A DNA stretch of 64,000 nt from Paramoeba atlantica (taxonomy: Eukaryota > Protista > Discosea): contig CDRNVI010000025.1 of the NCBI GenBank assembly GCA_977017575.1, positions 1 through 64,000 of the forward strand. Direction: 5' to 3'. The position numbers were made by a program, and so were the translations under genes. A model generated the notes under the pieces. The model was not told the origin of the DNA, searched no databases, and saw only the letters and a program-made list of their open reading frames with translations. Of this stretch, positions 44,645 through 56,345 are shown one piece after another. The first letter of the stretch is position 1. Every line of letters begins with the position of its first letter.

Positions 44645-45409
44645 TTAGTTTCGGCGAGCGCTCGGACACAAATCGAACAACGGACAGTTTTGGCACTTTG
44701 GTCTTTGACTAGTGCACAATGTTTGACCGAACCCCACGACCAATGGGTTTATTTGGGCCCAATGCTCTCTCGGCAACCATTGCTGAAGTTCTTCTGCTGT
44801 TTTCTGCGGTGTATTCGCTCGTGCAGAGACCCATCTCCACCGTTGAAATATGCGCTCCATATGTACATCCACGCTAATGCCCTCTACAATGTTGTGACAA
44901 CATTGTAAAAAGAGATGTGCCATCTTTGAACCCACCCCGGGAAAGGAACATAGCTGTTGAAAGTTGGCTGGGATTCGACCTTGATGCTGCGTGAGGATTT
45001 GTTCAGTTGTCTTTTTAATGTAATCCGTCTTCTTATTGTGAAACCCTACTCCGGAAAGAAGCTCATTTAATGTGGAGCGGGGTAGCTGATGAATAGATTC
45101 CGGGGTAAGTCCGTTATGTTGCACTAACTTCTGAACAGTCAGAGAAGTTACTTCATCTTTGGTTTGACTACTTAGCATGAGAGAAATCAGTGTGCGGTAT
45201 TCCCTTACCTTTTTAAGGTCAGCAGTTTCAATAGAGTCCATGCAACGAGTACGCTTCCTTCCACTTCGAGATAGTCTCACCTGTTTTTCAGACGCCCATT
45301 GGTCAAAAAGTGCTCCAGCGCCCATAGAATCTACTGGGGCTCTATTCGTCTTTCGATACTGGATTAACCTTGTCAGGAGCTGACTCCAATCTTTTGGCGC
45401 TTTGGTCAT
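44645..45409 (-). CDS. NTH1: Endonuclease III-like DNA glycosylase/lyase
   Basis: LISLMLSSQTKD, HhH FPGVGSKMA, VDVH, [4Fe-4S] motif CTSQRPKCQNCPLFDLC. Confidence 0.95.
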   Translation of the reverse strand: MTKAPKDWSQLLTRLIQYRKTNRAPVDSMGAGALFDQWASEKQVRLSRSGRKRTRCMDSIETADLKKVREYRTLISLMLSSQTKDEVTSLTVQKLVQHNGLTPESIHQLPRSTLNELLSGVGFHNKKTDYIKKTTEQILTQHQGRIPANFQQLCSFPGVGSKMAHLFLQCCHNIVEGISVDVHMERIFQRWRWVSARANTPQKTAEELQQWLPREHWAQINPLVVGFGQTLCTSQRPKCQNCPLFDLCPSARRN

Positions 45410-45683
45410 GTGAAACTTCAAGAAAAGCGAAAAAAAAGTAAGAGGAAATGTACGTCATGCACATGTATCCTATGAAATGGAGTTTTTTGATTTTTTGTAC
45501 ACCTATTTATACCCTTCATTAAAATGTGCACTTCTGTAGGAGACTGAGTCTTGCTGACTTGCTCACTGACAAAACGCGTCCGCCGAACTGTACGGACGTT
45601 AACATGACGTGCCCCCCTAGACCCCCTGGAAAAAGACCCCCCTAGAAGTATATTGCAAAATGGCTTGTAATTTTATTTCTTGC

Positions 45684-46214
45684 TCATTCGTCCGAGTCCT
45701 CGAACTTCGTACTCCGCACACTATCATTCAGCTCTACCGCATAGACTTTATTTTTGTTTTTTTGCTTTTCCTTGGTAAAGTTTTTGCCCCGGACTGTGAC
45801 CAACTTACGGTTTAGGGGATGCTGCATATCTCGCATAAACGCACTATTATCGCGCACCTCGTCGTGGTCGAATGTCACGCGTTCGGCATCAATACGACAA
45901 AAAGGGCGAGAAGGGTTGTGTCTCGCCTGTTTCTGTGGTGGATAGACTGTATTTATCTGAGCTTGCTCGTCCGGTGGGGTTTCCATTCGGTTAGTTGTTT
46001 TCTTTTCGGAATAGACTGGAGAGACACCCTTAGAAGAAACTGTGTTCTGTACGATAGCTTCTTTTTTTATGACTTTGTCCGTTAACTTTCGCTTAAATTG
46101 CTTGTATAATTGCTTTCCTTCGACTTCGTCGTGAAGAATAAGTTTCAAGTACTTTAAGACTAAACTCTCTACGTTCGTCCCAAGCAATCCATTTTTCGGG
46201 AAATCATTCATCAT
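45684..46214 (-). CDS. SRP40: SRP40/Nopp140 C-terminal domain nucleolar protein (short form)
   Basis: PFCRID, VRGKNFTKEKQKNK, STKFEDSD. Confidence 0.8.
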   Translation of the reverse strand: MMNDFPKNGLLGTNVESLVLKYLKLILHDEVEGKQLYKQFKRKLTDKVIKKEAIVQNTVSSKGVSPVYSEKKTTNRMETPPDEQAQINTVYPPQKQARHNPSRPFCRIDAERVTFDHDEVRDNSAFMRDMQHPLNRKLVTVRGKNFTKEKQKNKNKVYAVELNDSVRSTKFEDSDE

Positions 46215-46414
46215 ACGTTTTTTCCTAGCCCAAATATTAGGAAAAAAATAGCTTTTCGTTGGCAAGAAACAAATGCATGACTTGCATCTTGTGCTACAAG
46301 ATTAATAACAGTACTACAAGACCATAAGAGTAAACTTACAAGCTTATTTCAATATGCAGAGACGTGTGTGTTCTAAAAGTCTCAGAACAAAGGGCCAATT
46401 TCCAACCCACCCCC

Positions 46415-47305
46415 TCACTCCCCACCCTCCTCTCTACTCCAATACCTCCTCTCCGACAGAAACGGCGCCAACGCAAAGATCACCCCATGGCGATACGTCT
46501 CCGCCCGCGGCAACTGCCCCCCCGTCAACACCCCCATCGCCCCCAACCCCTCCCGTACCCCCTCCACCCCCGACACCTCCTCCAGCACCTCCCCCAGCTC
46601 CCTCCCCTGCTCCAGGATCGGTCTCATCAACACCTCCCCTAGGGCGTACCGTCCACTACTCCCCACCCCCTCCACCCCGGTCTCACGGTGTACGATCACC
46701 ACCCACCCGGACTCATAGTAGTGACGCCCACTACTACTGCTACCCCCACTCCCACTCCCCCCGACACGCTCTATCCCCCCCTCTATCCCCACACCGTAGT
46801 CCACGGGGCCGTTGTGTGCGGCCGCCGCGGCGTGCAGGGCGCCCACGGCCCGGTTACGTGCGCCTTGGATCGTGGCGGCCACGTCCAGGGGCTGGGGCGG
46901 GACCCCGGTGGGTACGGCGTGGGGGGTGATGCGGTGGGTGTGGGAGGGGAAGCACTGGGTGAGGGCGGCGTGGACCGCGGAGAGCTTGGCCGGGTTGGTG
47001 GTGCCGACAGCCCAGCGGAGGGTGGGGGAGGGGGAAGAAGGAGGTGATGATGACGGGGATGAGGAAACGGAAACAAAGGAAGGGGAAGCAGAAGAAGAAG
47101 AAGAGGAAGCAGAAGAAGAGGGAGATGGTGAAGGGGAAGAAGCTGAAGCTGAAGATGATGAAGAGGGGGAGGAGGAAGGGGGGGAAGACATGGAGGGCTT
47201 GATGTCTTGGGGAGAGATGGAAGGGAAGGAGTGGAGAAGGAGGAGGAGGAGGAAGAGGGGAAGGAGGGGAGAAAGGGGAAGGGGTCGTTGGGGGTGGTGG
47301 GACAT
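46415..47305 (-). CDS. yjjX: Non-canonical purine NTP phosphatase (ITPase/XTPase, YjjX family) with Ser/Pro-rich N-terminal extension
   Basis: VGTTNPAKLSAV, GVPPQP, GARNRA, GVGIEGGI, GAMGVLT. Confidence 0.88.
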   Translation of the reverse strand: MSHHPQRPLPLSPLLPLFLLLLLLHSFPSISPQDIKPSMSSPPSSSPSSSSSASASSPSPSPSSSASSSSSSASPSFVSVSSSPSSSPPSSPSPTLRWAVGTTNPAKLSAVHAALTQCFPSHTHRITPHAVPTGVPPQPLDVAATIQGARNRAVGALHAAAAAHNGPVDYGVGIEGGIERVGGSGSGGSSSSGRHYYESGWVVIVHRETGVEGVGSSGRYALGEVLMRPILEQGRELGEVLEEVSGVEGVREGLGAMGVLTGGQLPRAETYRHGVIFALAPFLSERRYWSREEGGE

Positions 47306-47939
47306 GGGAGATGGGGGAGAGAGGGTAGGGAGGGTTGTGGATAGGGATGAGAAAAAGATCCTAGGGAAAACATGTGGGATGGGGTGTGTATACGGAACGC
47401 ACTACAGTGCTTTTGAGGGGCCGAAACCTCACCGAAACTTCGACTCGCAACCCCTCATGTACATGCTGGAACTAACGGATGAATGAAAACGCCGAGGAAT
47501 CGAGTTCTCTTTCTAAATTAACGTATCAACACCAACTTCACTGGGTGATGACCAAGATTGGGCTTTAAAGTAATATTTCGGTGGATATTCAGTAGTTGGG
47601 GTGAAAGAGTCTGTATTGCAACATCCGATACGAACATTTTCAAGCTAATTATGATCTCTGACACCAGAGGTTCTTCAGATAGACCATCGGATGAGAAATC
47701 GTCACCACATGCGAAAGAATTAGTAAGCTACAAAGTGCTATGACGGGTTTCTGATCTGCATAATCATCCACGGGTAATTCTTCGATATTTATGATACACA
47801 CTAAGCGATGCACACTCTTCGAGTCTTGTAGACGGGAATTAGCTAAGTTCTTTATGTGCATCCCTTTGTGTGTCAATCTGCCTTCACTGGATGAACGTAT
47901 TGAAGCCATCGGTTACTTTCCAGATAGACAATTTTTGGC

Positions 47940-48513
47940 TGGTGACATGCGTCGAAACAACGGCAACGTTTGGGTTCTTTTTCATTGTGTTAATTCACTG
48001 TTGTTTGCGTCCAGATCGTACTACAATCTGTTATGAGCTCCTTCGACACTCTCAGTATGCATTTCGACCTCCCGGGGATGCGCAGCCCCCTGATTGGCTT
48101 CTCGAGGCCGAAACCTTACAACACCCTGATGCCGTAGTGTCTCTCCGCGACGGCTCTGAGTTTATCATTGAGCTCACCAGCCCGTGGGAAGACAACATAC
48201 CGGCTGTTTTTGAGCGAAAGCTACATAAATAGCTACATAAAAGCTACATAAATAGCACTTCTTCTTTTTCTTCTTCGGTTCTTCCGCACTTCTTCACCAC
48301 CGTAAGTTGCGGCATCCGAACGAAATAGGAGCGCGCGGAAGTCTTCATCACTCGTCACGAGCCCTAAATATTTTGTTCCCGAACGACAAAACAAAAGCTA
48401 GCAAATGTCGCGAGGAAATAGTCACCAGAGCGCAGAGAGGAAGCTTCATGCTTTTTCAGAACCGTGACTCCCCGCTCTGGAACCCAAGTGACGTGGCGGT
48501 CAATGATGGGTAA
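47940..48513 (+). pseudogene. Second HERO-like REL retrotransposon remnant
   Basis: QHPDAVVSLRDGSEFIIELTSPWEDN and EIGARG..SFMLFQNRDSPLW, paralogous to 7370-7867; broken by an AGCTACATAAA(T) triplication at ~48220-48255. Confidence 0.7.
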
Positions 48514-48574
48514 TGACCGTTCGGAAGGCGCGTTGTGTGCGCGCTTACTGTGACATAATCACTTTTCCGAAATA

Positions 48575-50395
48575 GTCTTGCCCGAAATGGCAAAAAAAAT
48601 ATTTTTCCAAAATCGTTTCCCCTATTGTATTTTGATAGTTTGGGGCCTGTACTAGCTTTCTACGACGTTGTCTTCGCAGCACACCCTTTCTCGGAGCCGT
48701 GGTATGCCCTCGAAAATGACCCATTTTTGACTAAACGAGGGTGAAAAAGTATTTTTCGGACCCCAAGGGGCCTTTTTGTGTCGAAAGAATTGTATGGTTG
48801 GAGTCGCATTCTCTATCCAATACGTTCGGTAGGACTTCATTCATGCCTACGAGTGATTTCCCACGCGCACATGTCGGATTTAATGCTCTGAGAGCAAACA
48901 TTTAAGCAAAAAAATGATCCCTTTTTTACCCGAAAATCGGCTATTTTTGGGTATAATATTTCCGTTTTCTTTAGTTTTCCAGGCCAAATTTTCTTTTTTA
49001 GGCTCTTCGTTAAACGCGGTGGTAGTTTTCAACGCGAAGCGCGCAGCATGAGTGACTTCTGGTGGGCACGAAAATGTGGGGGGGGGTCAAAATTTCAATA
49101 GCTTGGCCAATTTTGGAAAGTAATACCGCATTCGAGAGCTCTCGCAGAGTTACGTGACATGTGATAAAGCGTTTCCCGCGTTTTTAATTTTTTTAAAAAT
49201 TTAAAAAAAAATTATTTTTCAAAGTGCAAAATTCTGCACTTAGGCCACTTTTTCGTTTTTTCTTCTTTCTGCCCTCCTTTTTGTTCTATGGCCCAGAAAA
49301 GAGCATTTTCAAACAACAAGAACGTACAGAAACGTGACAGGGGCTGTTACAGTCCTTGTGGACAAATAAAGGCCTCGCATAGGATCCTTCTTGTGAAGAA
49401 ATACGAGGAAACTGGTTCTTTTTCCGCCGCCGCACGCGAAGCAGGTTGTCACGAGAACACTGCGAAGCGTTGGATCCAGCGATACGAGGAGACAGGGGAC
49501 GTGGATAGGTCTCCTTACAAGGAGCGTCAATCAATCGTCATGACTCCAGAGCTAATAACCCGGGCTATAACCCTCATTGATGAAGGTACAGGAGATTTGC
49601 CTTGCGGGATTCCGTCATGGTCGAACCTCGTGTCAACCCTTCAGTCCGAAGGGTTTTATTGTTCCCGGCGCTCTATCACGCGCACTTTAAAGCGTGAAGG
49701 CATCATTTTGCGCACTGTCCCCCGTCGTCCAGCTCTTACGGCTGCCCACAAGCAAAAACGAGTTGAGCTGTGCCGCGAGCTGTCGGAGTGGACCCCTCGT
49801 GATCTCGAGTCCATTATTTGGACTCGATTATTGTTCCCCAATTTTCTGAAGAGACATTCAGGCGCTGTTGTGGTGATGGATAACTGTCCTATCCACAATA
49901 CTGCACGTTGTCATTTTGATGAAAATAGTGTCACAATGCTAGCTTGGCCCCCCATGTCTCCTGATCTCAACCCCATCGAAAATATTTGGGGACAAATTGA
50001 ATCACTCAAAAATACTAAATATCCTAAAAATAGGGGGGAATTGTGTGATGCAATACATTCAGGGATTGAATTGTTGAAAAGAGAACAACATGGCGTGTTT
50101 GTAAGTACTTTACAGAGCATGCCTAGACGAAAATGGGGGTCATTGTGGATATTAGTCAGTTTTTTTACTTTTTTTTGCAGCTGCAGTTGTCATTTTTACC
50201 CCCTTTGGCATATGGACCCACCCCCCTGGATGCGGGAAACGCATTATCACATGACACGCAACTCTGCGAGAGCTCTCGAATGCGGTGCTATTTTCCAAAA
50301 TTGGCCAAGTTACACAAATTTTGACCCCCCCCCCCACATTTTCGAGCCCACCCCTGTATGTTGAAAACGACCACCGCGTTTAACGAAGAGCCTAA
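48575..50395. mobile_element. Family B copy 3, palindrome loop interrupted by Tc1 copy 3
   Basis: 48590-49060 is the reverse complement of 311-770; the second arm resumes at 50360-50395 after the Tc1. Confidence 0.8.
49061..50356 (+). mobile_element. Tc1-like transposon copy 3 (divergent subfamily; first catalytic Asp deleted in frame)
   Basis: Related TIRs, TA at 50357-58, left end clipped; ORF 49288 onward with HTH, IIW joined directly to ..VVMDNCPIH..WPPMSPDLNPIENIW. Confidence 0.88.
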
Positions 50396-50612
50396 TAAAC
50401 CAAGCCATTCAGGGACATTTATAGAAAATCAAAGTTCTAGTGCTCTAATACTGGCACACCAGGGCGACAAAAGGTGTGACACATTTATTGAGTTCGGTAG
50501 CGTATCGATACTGTATGGTATGATACACATGAACGTTCCCGTTAGAGTCTTCTGTATTCAGTGGGAACTCGGCAGCATCCAAGGGCCCCTCCGCAAAGTT
50601 CCGCAGAGGACA

Positions 50613-50800
50613 TAAACCCCCCACAGCGAATAAGTCACCCCCCTCTTTTTTTTGTACAACGAGGCTTAGGGGGGTTGCGGCACCATTTTTTCGTTCAAAA
50701 TTTTGAGTTCTTCACGTTCCCGCTGTTTTTAGACCTTTTCACAAATAAAAAATCAAAACGCATTTTTTTAATGATGTTTTTACATATTGACTGTATGTAA
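50613..50800. mobile_element. Family D end fragment
   Basis: TAAACCCCCCACAGCGAATAAGTCACCCCC plus a block shared with 15700-15830. Confidence 0.6.
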
Positions 50801-51597
50801 AAACTTCATTAAAAAAATGCGTTTTGATTTTTGTCATGCCAATATTACCTGAAAAATCTCATGTTCCTCGACACGATCCTCGGCGCCCCCTGGCCGCCCT
50901 CCTCGTCAGCCGTCTTCGCCTGCCCTCTGTGCCGCGCTCCTCGCCTGCCTTCTTCGCTCTCACTCTTGACTAGCGTCCTGGCCACTCAATTCGACCCTCT
51001 ACCCCGCCCTCTTCGCCCCCCTCCTTCATCCATGCGCCACCCGCCTGACCGCCCGTGAGGAAAGTCCGGTGCTTTCTTGTATGATCGAGCATTTCGACGC
51101 TCTCATGTTAGAAGATCACGCTTTCGCGTGGAGCACCGGCAAGGCGACGCACGCGTGAAGTAGGAAGCCACAGCTCTTAGGAGCCAAATGGCTTGAATAA
51201 CAACAATAACAATTATTTCTATAATGGACGAAAAGACTTCTGAAATGTGGAAGCTAAACAAATGTGATGTATTCTCGAACTCATATAACGCTTCGACTAC
51301 CGCAAATATTGCATGTTCCTGGTCTGCTGCAGTGCCGAAAACTGCCGAGAGACTCCATAAAAAACAATAAAAGTGGTCGTTCCAACTTGTGCCCCCCCGG
51401 TACAACAACTGGCTATAGGCACATTAACCCAGAACAGGGTTTAAAAAGAAAAGTACCTATTGAAAAGACCCATGCTACAAAGAACAGGGCCTTCAAAGTA
51501 CGCATATTCATCAACTGTGTATGGCCACTCTCTTACACGACTCGCAAAGCTTCATTAGGAAAGGATGACTGGAGAATAGGTCGGTCGCGCTGCCAAG

Positions 51598-52950
51598 CTA
51601 GTGTATCTGGCCGTTTATTTTCTCTGGATCGTAGGGTGCTCCATGTACTTTCTCAAAGATTGTGAAAATATTATCTGCGTTGCTTTCGAAATGAGATGCG
51701 GAGCTGAGCGACTCGGTAATGTGAATCCCTGGTGTATTCGAGCGGTGGTGCGGGACAGCGAATTCACACACGCGGACGAAGTCTTGTATACTGTGCATCC
51801 CTAAAACAGACCGGACGGGTTCTATCTCACGCGCTGCATCCCCACTCTCCAATACGCTAGATATAAGAACGAGGTAGTGCCCTGGGGGAACAACCCCTTG
51901 CTCCGAACTCAACTGCAAGACGTACACGTCGTGCTTTCGATTCAACTCAGCTGCAGGAAATATAATTTGGCACGAACCACCAGCCTTGTCGCGCAGGACA
52001 GGCTCCGCACACACACTCAGACTGCGAACTATGCGTGACTTTACTTCACAAAGCGAGGGGAAGTAGGAGGGGTCCGCGATGACATGCTTTGCTCGAGCTG
52101 TGAATGGTTTCGGGGTGGCCTCCGGGTTCTCTTCTACACAAAACGCCACGTGATGCGAACACGTCCTGGGGTAGTGAGATTTAAACGCTATATCACGAGC
52201 CCGTAGCACCGTGGTCCCGCCATGGACTGCACACCAGCGACTAAACGCAGCGGGTAACTCCCCGATACCATGCATGGGGTAGAGATAGGGACTGCGGCCG
52301 AAGCAGTGGATCGAGCGGTGGTAGAGCTGTACCCGGTGGAGCAAGTGCACAGCGGGCTGATTGAGGTACGTGTCGTTTTCATATAACCCCACCGCGTGTC
52401 CAATCACGTCAATGGTATGGTGGTCCAAGTGGTAGGACGCCATCCACTCACGTGCGGTGAGGGAGGCAAGCGCGGAGGCTTGCATGGGGTCACATGTCTC
52501 ACAGAAGGCAAAAAACTTTGCCACACGCCGTTTCTCAAGAAACCCCATGAGATTGGATGACAGCGCTTCCTTGGCACTGCTGGGGACTTTGTGGATATGT
52601 TTTCGAGAATAGACAAAACTGTTTTCTACGAGAGTGAATGCCATGTCGTATCGCTCGGCAACCGTGTGCTGTAGGATGGATGTCAGCTCTCCACTCGCGA
52701 TTAAGAGTTTTGGCGCCAAATCAATATTATACATCGTGAAATCGCCGAGTCGAGGCGAAAACGGCAAGGAATAGGGAATATGACACACACGATGGAGGTC
52801 GGTGAGGTTGAGCGATGCAGATTCTGCACCGAAGTACTCATTTCGATCTAATAGTAACACTCTGTGGCCGTGAGCGGCAAGCAAACCACTGAGTGCGGAC
52901 TCTGATAAGCCTGTTCCACACACTATGACATCAAATTCAGTGTTTTCCAT
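51598..52950 (-). CDS. GDI1: Rab GDP-dissociation inhibitor
   Basis: DVIVCGTGLSESALSGLL, DRNEYFGAESASLNL, YNIDLAPK, SPYLYPMHGIGELP. Confidence 0.95.
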   Translation of the reverse strand: MENTEFDVIVCGTGLSESALSGLLAAHGHRVLLLDRNEYFGAESASLNLTDLHRVCHIPYSLPFSPRLGDFTMYNIDLAPKLLIASGELTSILQHTVAERYDMAFTLVENSFVYSRKHIHKVPSSAKEALSSNLMGFLEKRRVAKFFAFCETCDPMQASALASLTAREWMASYHLDHHTIDVIGHAVGLYENDTYLNQPAVHLLHRVQLYHRSIHCFGRSPYLYPMHGIGELPAAFSRWCAVHGGTTVLRARDIAFKSHYPRTCSHHVAFCVEENPEATPKPFTARAKHVIADPSYFPSLCEVKSRIVRSLSVCAEPVLRDKAGGSCQIIFPAAELNRKHDVYVLQLSSEQGVVPPGHYLVLISSVLESGDAAREIEPVRSVLGMHSIQDFVRVCEFAVPHHRSNTPGIHITESLSSASHFESNADNIFTIFEKVHGAPYDPEKINGQIH

Positions 52951-53452
52951 TAGTAAGACTATGCATAGAAAAGATGATAGTACATGCTTTAGAAAAATTA
53001 ATAATGATTTTTTATTTTAGAAACGACCAGAATCAATCTTCAGATTTGATGAGTACATACAATTCCAAAAGGTATAAAAGGAACCATAGAAATAAAATGC
53101 CCCTATTCTAAATGATAACATTTTTTAGTTCAAATTTCTTGTTTTTGCTAGTCACAGGTTTTTTCGTATCAAGTCAACAATGTATGGAAGAGAAATACTA
53201 TTCCACCACAAAACAAGCATTAGTTGATTCGTTTTAATTAATTTTTCGATTCAAATTTTCATTTTCAGTACAAAAGGATTTATTGAAATTCAATCCTTTT
53301 TGAAGAAAACCCTTTTAAGTACAATGTGTATGTACAATGCATTTGATTTGGTTGTGACAATGTACGACGCATAAGACATTCAAAGTTCAATGCTTCTTAC
53401 GGGGCAATTCTGTGCTCAAAAAATTTATCTTTTCAAATCGATTCTTAACGTT

Positions 53453-53860
53453 TTATTCAAAATCCTTGTCTTCGTTATCACTAAGGAAATGCTTGTATAG
53501 GCCATTCGCAGCACTGGACAAACCCGCTGCTAACGCCTCGCTACTTGTTTTACCTTGACTAAAGTGCTTCAGAGCATCTTGCACTCCCCCAGTAATCGCG
53601 TTCTGTGCCCCTTCCTTGATGTAGCTCATTTCAGATGACGAGAGGAAGCTTTTGCGGCGAGCCGATCGGCGCGAGTTCTTTGAGCGATGCGGGACGGCTA
53701 CATCCATCTCACAATCCTCACCATCCAAGCAACGGTCCCGAGAATAAGTCAATTTCGGGTTTGTGGTCCGGGGATTCGCAACTCCAGGACGCTCGACGTG
53801 ACGGGCCTCCGTCACCCAGAGGGCGAAGAGAACAAGAAATATCAGGCGGGACACACGCAT
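53453..53860 (-). CDS. Small predicted secreted protein
   Basis: Signal-peptide-like MRVSRLIFLVLFALWVTEA; 135 aa. Confidence 0.55.
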   Translation of the reverse strand: MRVSRLIFLVLFALWVTEARHVERPGVANPRTTNPKLTYSRDRCLDGEDCEMDVAVPHRSKNSRRSARRKSFLSSSEMSYIKEGAQNAITGGVQDALKHFSQGKTSSEALAAGLSSAANGLYKHFLSDNEDKDFE

Positions 53861-54144
53861 CAAAAAGAAAGTAGAAAATAGCAGAAAATATTCTGTTTAG
53901 AAGGGGACAAAAACAGGGCACCTGTAAATTGATAGGAAATTTTTCTGTTTTGACCGATGTTATGCATGTATAGTTTAAATACATGTATGATTACCATTTC
54001 ACTTCTGTGATTGACCCTAGAGAAATTTTGGGGCACACAAGTTTATTGTACCCGCTTTCAAAAATATTTTCTTTGTGTGCAGAAATAGAACATCCCCCAG
54101 TAAGCGATCTTTTCATATTGCAGTTCTATTTACATGTGCGTAAT

Positions 54145-55127
54145 TATAAACCCCCGCTCACGAAAAGTGACCCCCCTCTTTTTTTTCGTACAAATGTCCG
54201 TTTGAGCTGTTTTTTGTTGCATTTTGCAGATCTCAACACAAGGACTTTGCGCGTGAAGAAATGAGACAAAAAGAAACGAATACGCACAATTTAGAGAAGA
54301 ATTACCATTTTGTCACTTTTTCGCCCTTCAGTCTTATACACTCCTTAAGTCGAGAATCAAAACTTAATACTGTTTTGTCGATCACTTTTTGAGGCAAAGA
54401 AGACCATGCTTTACGTACACATCGGATAAGTGAAGGTGTCCGATGACGTTTGTTCGTCTACCGCCTCTTGGACCATAGACCAGACGTTTTCTATGGGGGA
54501 AGGGTCGGGCGAGTTGGGGGGCCAGTTTCTTAGAACATCACTCATTCGATTCTCAATATACTCTTTGGAGGCACGGGCAGTATGTGCCGGTGCCCCATCC
54601 TGTTGAAATACACTATTAGAGGGGAAATCTACCTGTTTTAATGTTTCTATGTACGTCTCACTTGTAATAGATGTGTCATTGTAGATGTCTCACTTGTAAT
54701 AGATGGTCACAGGACTCAAAGTGTATTCCCCGCTAGATTTTTTTTCGTTCAGATATTTTTTGATTATCCTTCTAGAGACGGGATAATTGTTTTATCGGAA
54801 CACCTTCTGCCTGTTTCATATTCAAAAGAACCTTACCACTATCTGTAGGCCCCCCTTTTGGGAGCCGATACGTGATTTGGTCATTTTTGGAAAAAAAAGT
54901 TGAAAAACCAATAATGTTTTTTTGACTAAATTTTAAAAAATTTAAATGAGCTAAAAACAGCGGGAACGTACAGATCTCGAAATTTTGAACGAAAAAGTGG
55001 TACAAAAAGTGTACGATAATTGTTTGACAGCTTTCCTTGTAGCTCAGAATATGAATGAGATAACCCACCCACGCCCCCCTGCGCTAAAAATAAGGGGGGG
55101 TCAGTTATTCGTGAGCAGGGGTTTATA
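54145..55127 (-). mobile_element. Family D Tc1/IS630-like element with DD35E transposase remnant (~54320-54660)
   Basis: TIR TATAAACCCC(C/T)GCTCACGAA; minus strand FQQDGAPAHTARASKEYIENRMSDVLRNWPPNSPDPSPIENVW. Confidence 0.8.
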
Positions 55128-55177
55128 AGGGAATGGGGCATTACTAACACAAGCTTACATAACTATAAGTAAGTAGT

Positions 55178-56032
55178 CTACACGATTTCTATCATTGTAT
55201 TAATCGTGTTAAAACAATATTTTTTAAAATCAGCTTGCATCACGCGACCATGCAAATTAGGATTGTTATCTAAGCGGCAGGACGCCGTTTCTTTTACCCA
55301 GCACTCTGCGTTAACCAACAGATCGAAATTATTGTCTTGTGCATAGAACTCATCAAAAGAGTCTGGAAGATGGCGAAAATCAAGATTCCCACTAAACAGG
55401 TTGTTCGAAATATCCAAGACTCGCAGACTCAATGGCAAACGGCACAAATCTATTGCCCCTTCAAACTTATTACCTTCCAACCACATGACGGTTAAATTAG
55501 GAGGCAGGTTCGTGAAGTTGATGTGTCCGGTAAACTTGTTGTTGTTTAAGTAAAGGTGCTCAATGAGAGGAGGCAAAAATCGCGAATCGAACTTGCCGAA
55601 AAAGCAATTAGAACTAAGATCGCATATTTTCAAAGATTGCGGAAGACAACGAAATTCAACCTCGCCTGTCAAGTCACCATTGTCCAGATTCAGCTCGATG
55701 AGTGTCAGTGGAAGATACTTCCAAGCAACCGAGCCGCGCGCTCCATGTTCTCTTGGAACATGATCTGGATTGGTCCAGTCTAATGCTGTGACTTCACCCT
55801 TATCATTACATTTCACACCTGCCCACTCACATGCTGTCACGTTCGTACACCATGTGGGATGCAGACCTTCCATATTTTCAACGAAACGAGCTAAATCGTA
55901 TTCTTGTGGTAATGCGGCACCACGAATTCTACCCGGCGCTCGTGATGTGGAGTGAGATGGTACAGAACCTGGTAATGGTACCGTTGCCTGAATTCGAGTG
56001 GGTGCGTCGTCAGCTGACGTTACTGAAGACAT
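55178..56032 (-). CDS. LRR protein (same family)
   Basis: PGRIRGAALPQEYDLARF, CEWAGVKC, LPxxL repeats. Confidence 0.85.
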   Translation of the reverse strand: MSSVTSADDAPTRIQATVPLPGSVPSHSTSRAPGRIRGAALPQEYDLARFVENMEGLHPTWCTNVTACEWAGVKCNDKGEVTALDWTNPDHVPREHGARGSVAWKYLPLTLIELNLDNGDLTGEVEFRCLPQSLKICDLSSNCFFGKFDSRFLPPLIEHLYLNNNKFTGHINFTNLPPNLTVMWLEGNKFEGAIDLCRLPLSLRVLDISNNLFSGNLDFRHLPDSFDEFYAQDNNFDLLVNAECWVKETASCRLDNNPNLHGRVMQADFKKYCFNTINTMIEIV

Positions 56033-56345
56033 GAAGTAAAGATTTACATGTGGCCTGTATTTTTTGTTTTATAAGTTATACATTGGGACTGTATACTGCC
56101 CCTCTTATTATCATTTTTTTTAAAGGACATGGAATCCATTAACTGAAATCTCCCCAAAATGTTTTCAAGGCTATCTAAAGTACAGGGATCCATGGGGCAG
56201 CATGCCCGAACTATTCTACGAATGCTACCACGATTGACTCAAAAACTACTGCGCGCCTTCACCGAGCTCCTAATTGAAAGCCCTCTTTTATGACGCTTCA
56301 TCCAATCAGGTCATAAATAAAGAACGTTTTACATGATTTCTTTGT

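Noticed and set aside
51103-51500. Hydrophobic ORF fragments faintly like a channel pore loop
   Set aside because: Broken frames and no selectivity-filter motif; cannot be supported.
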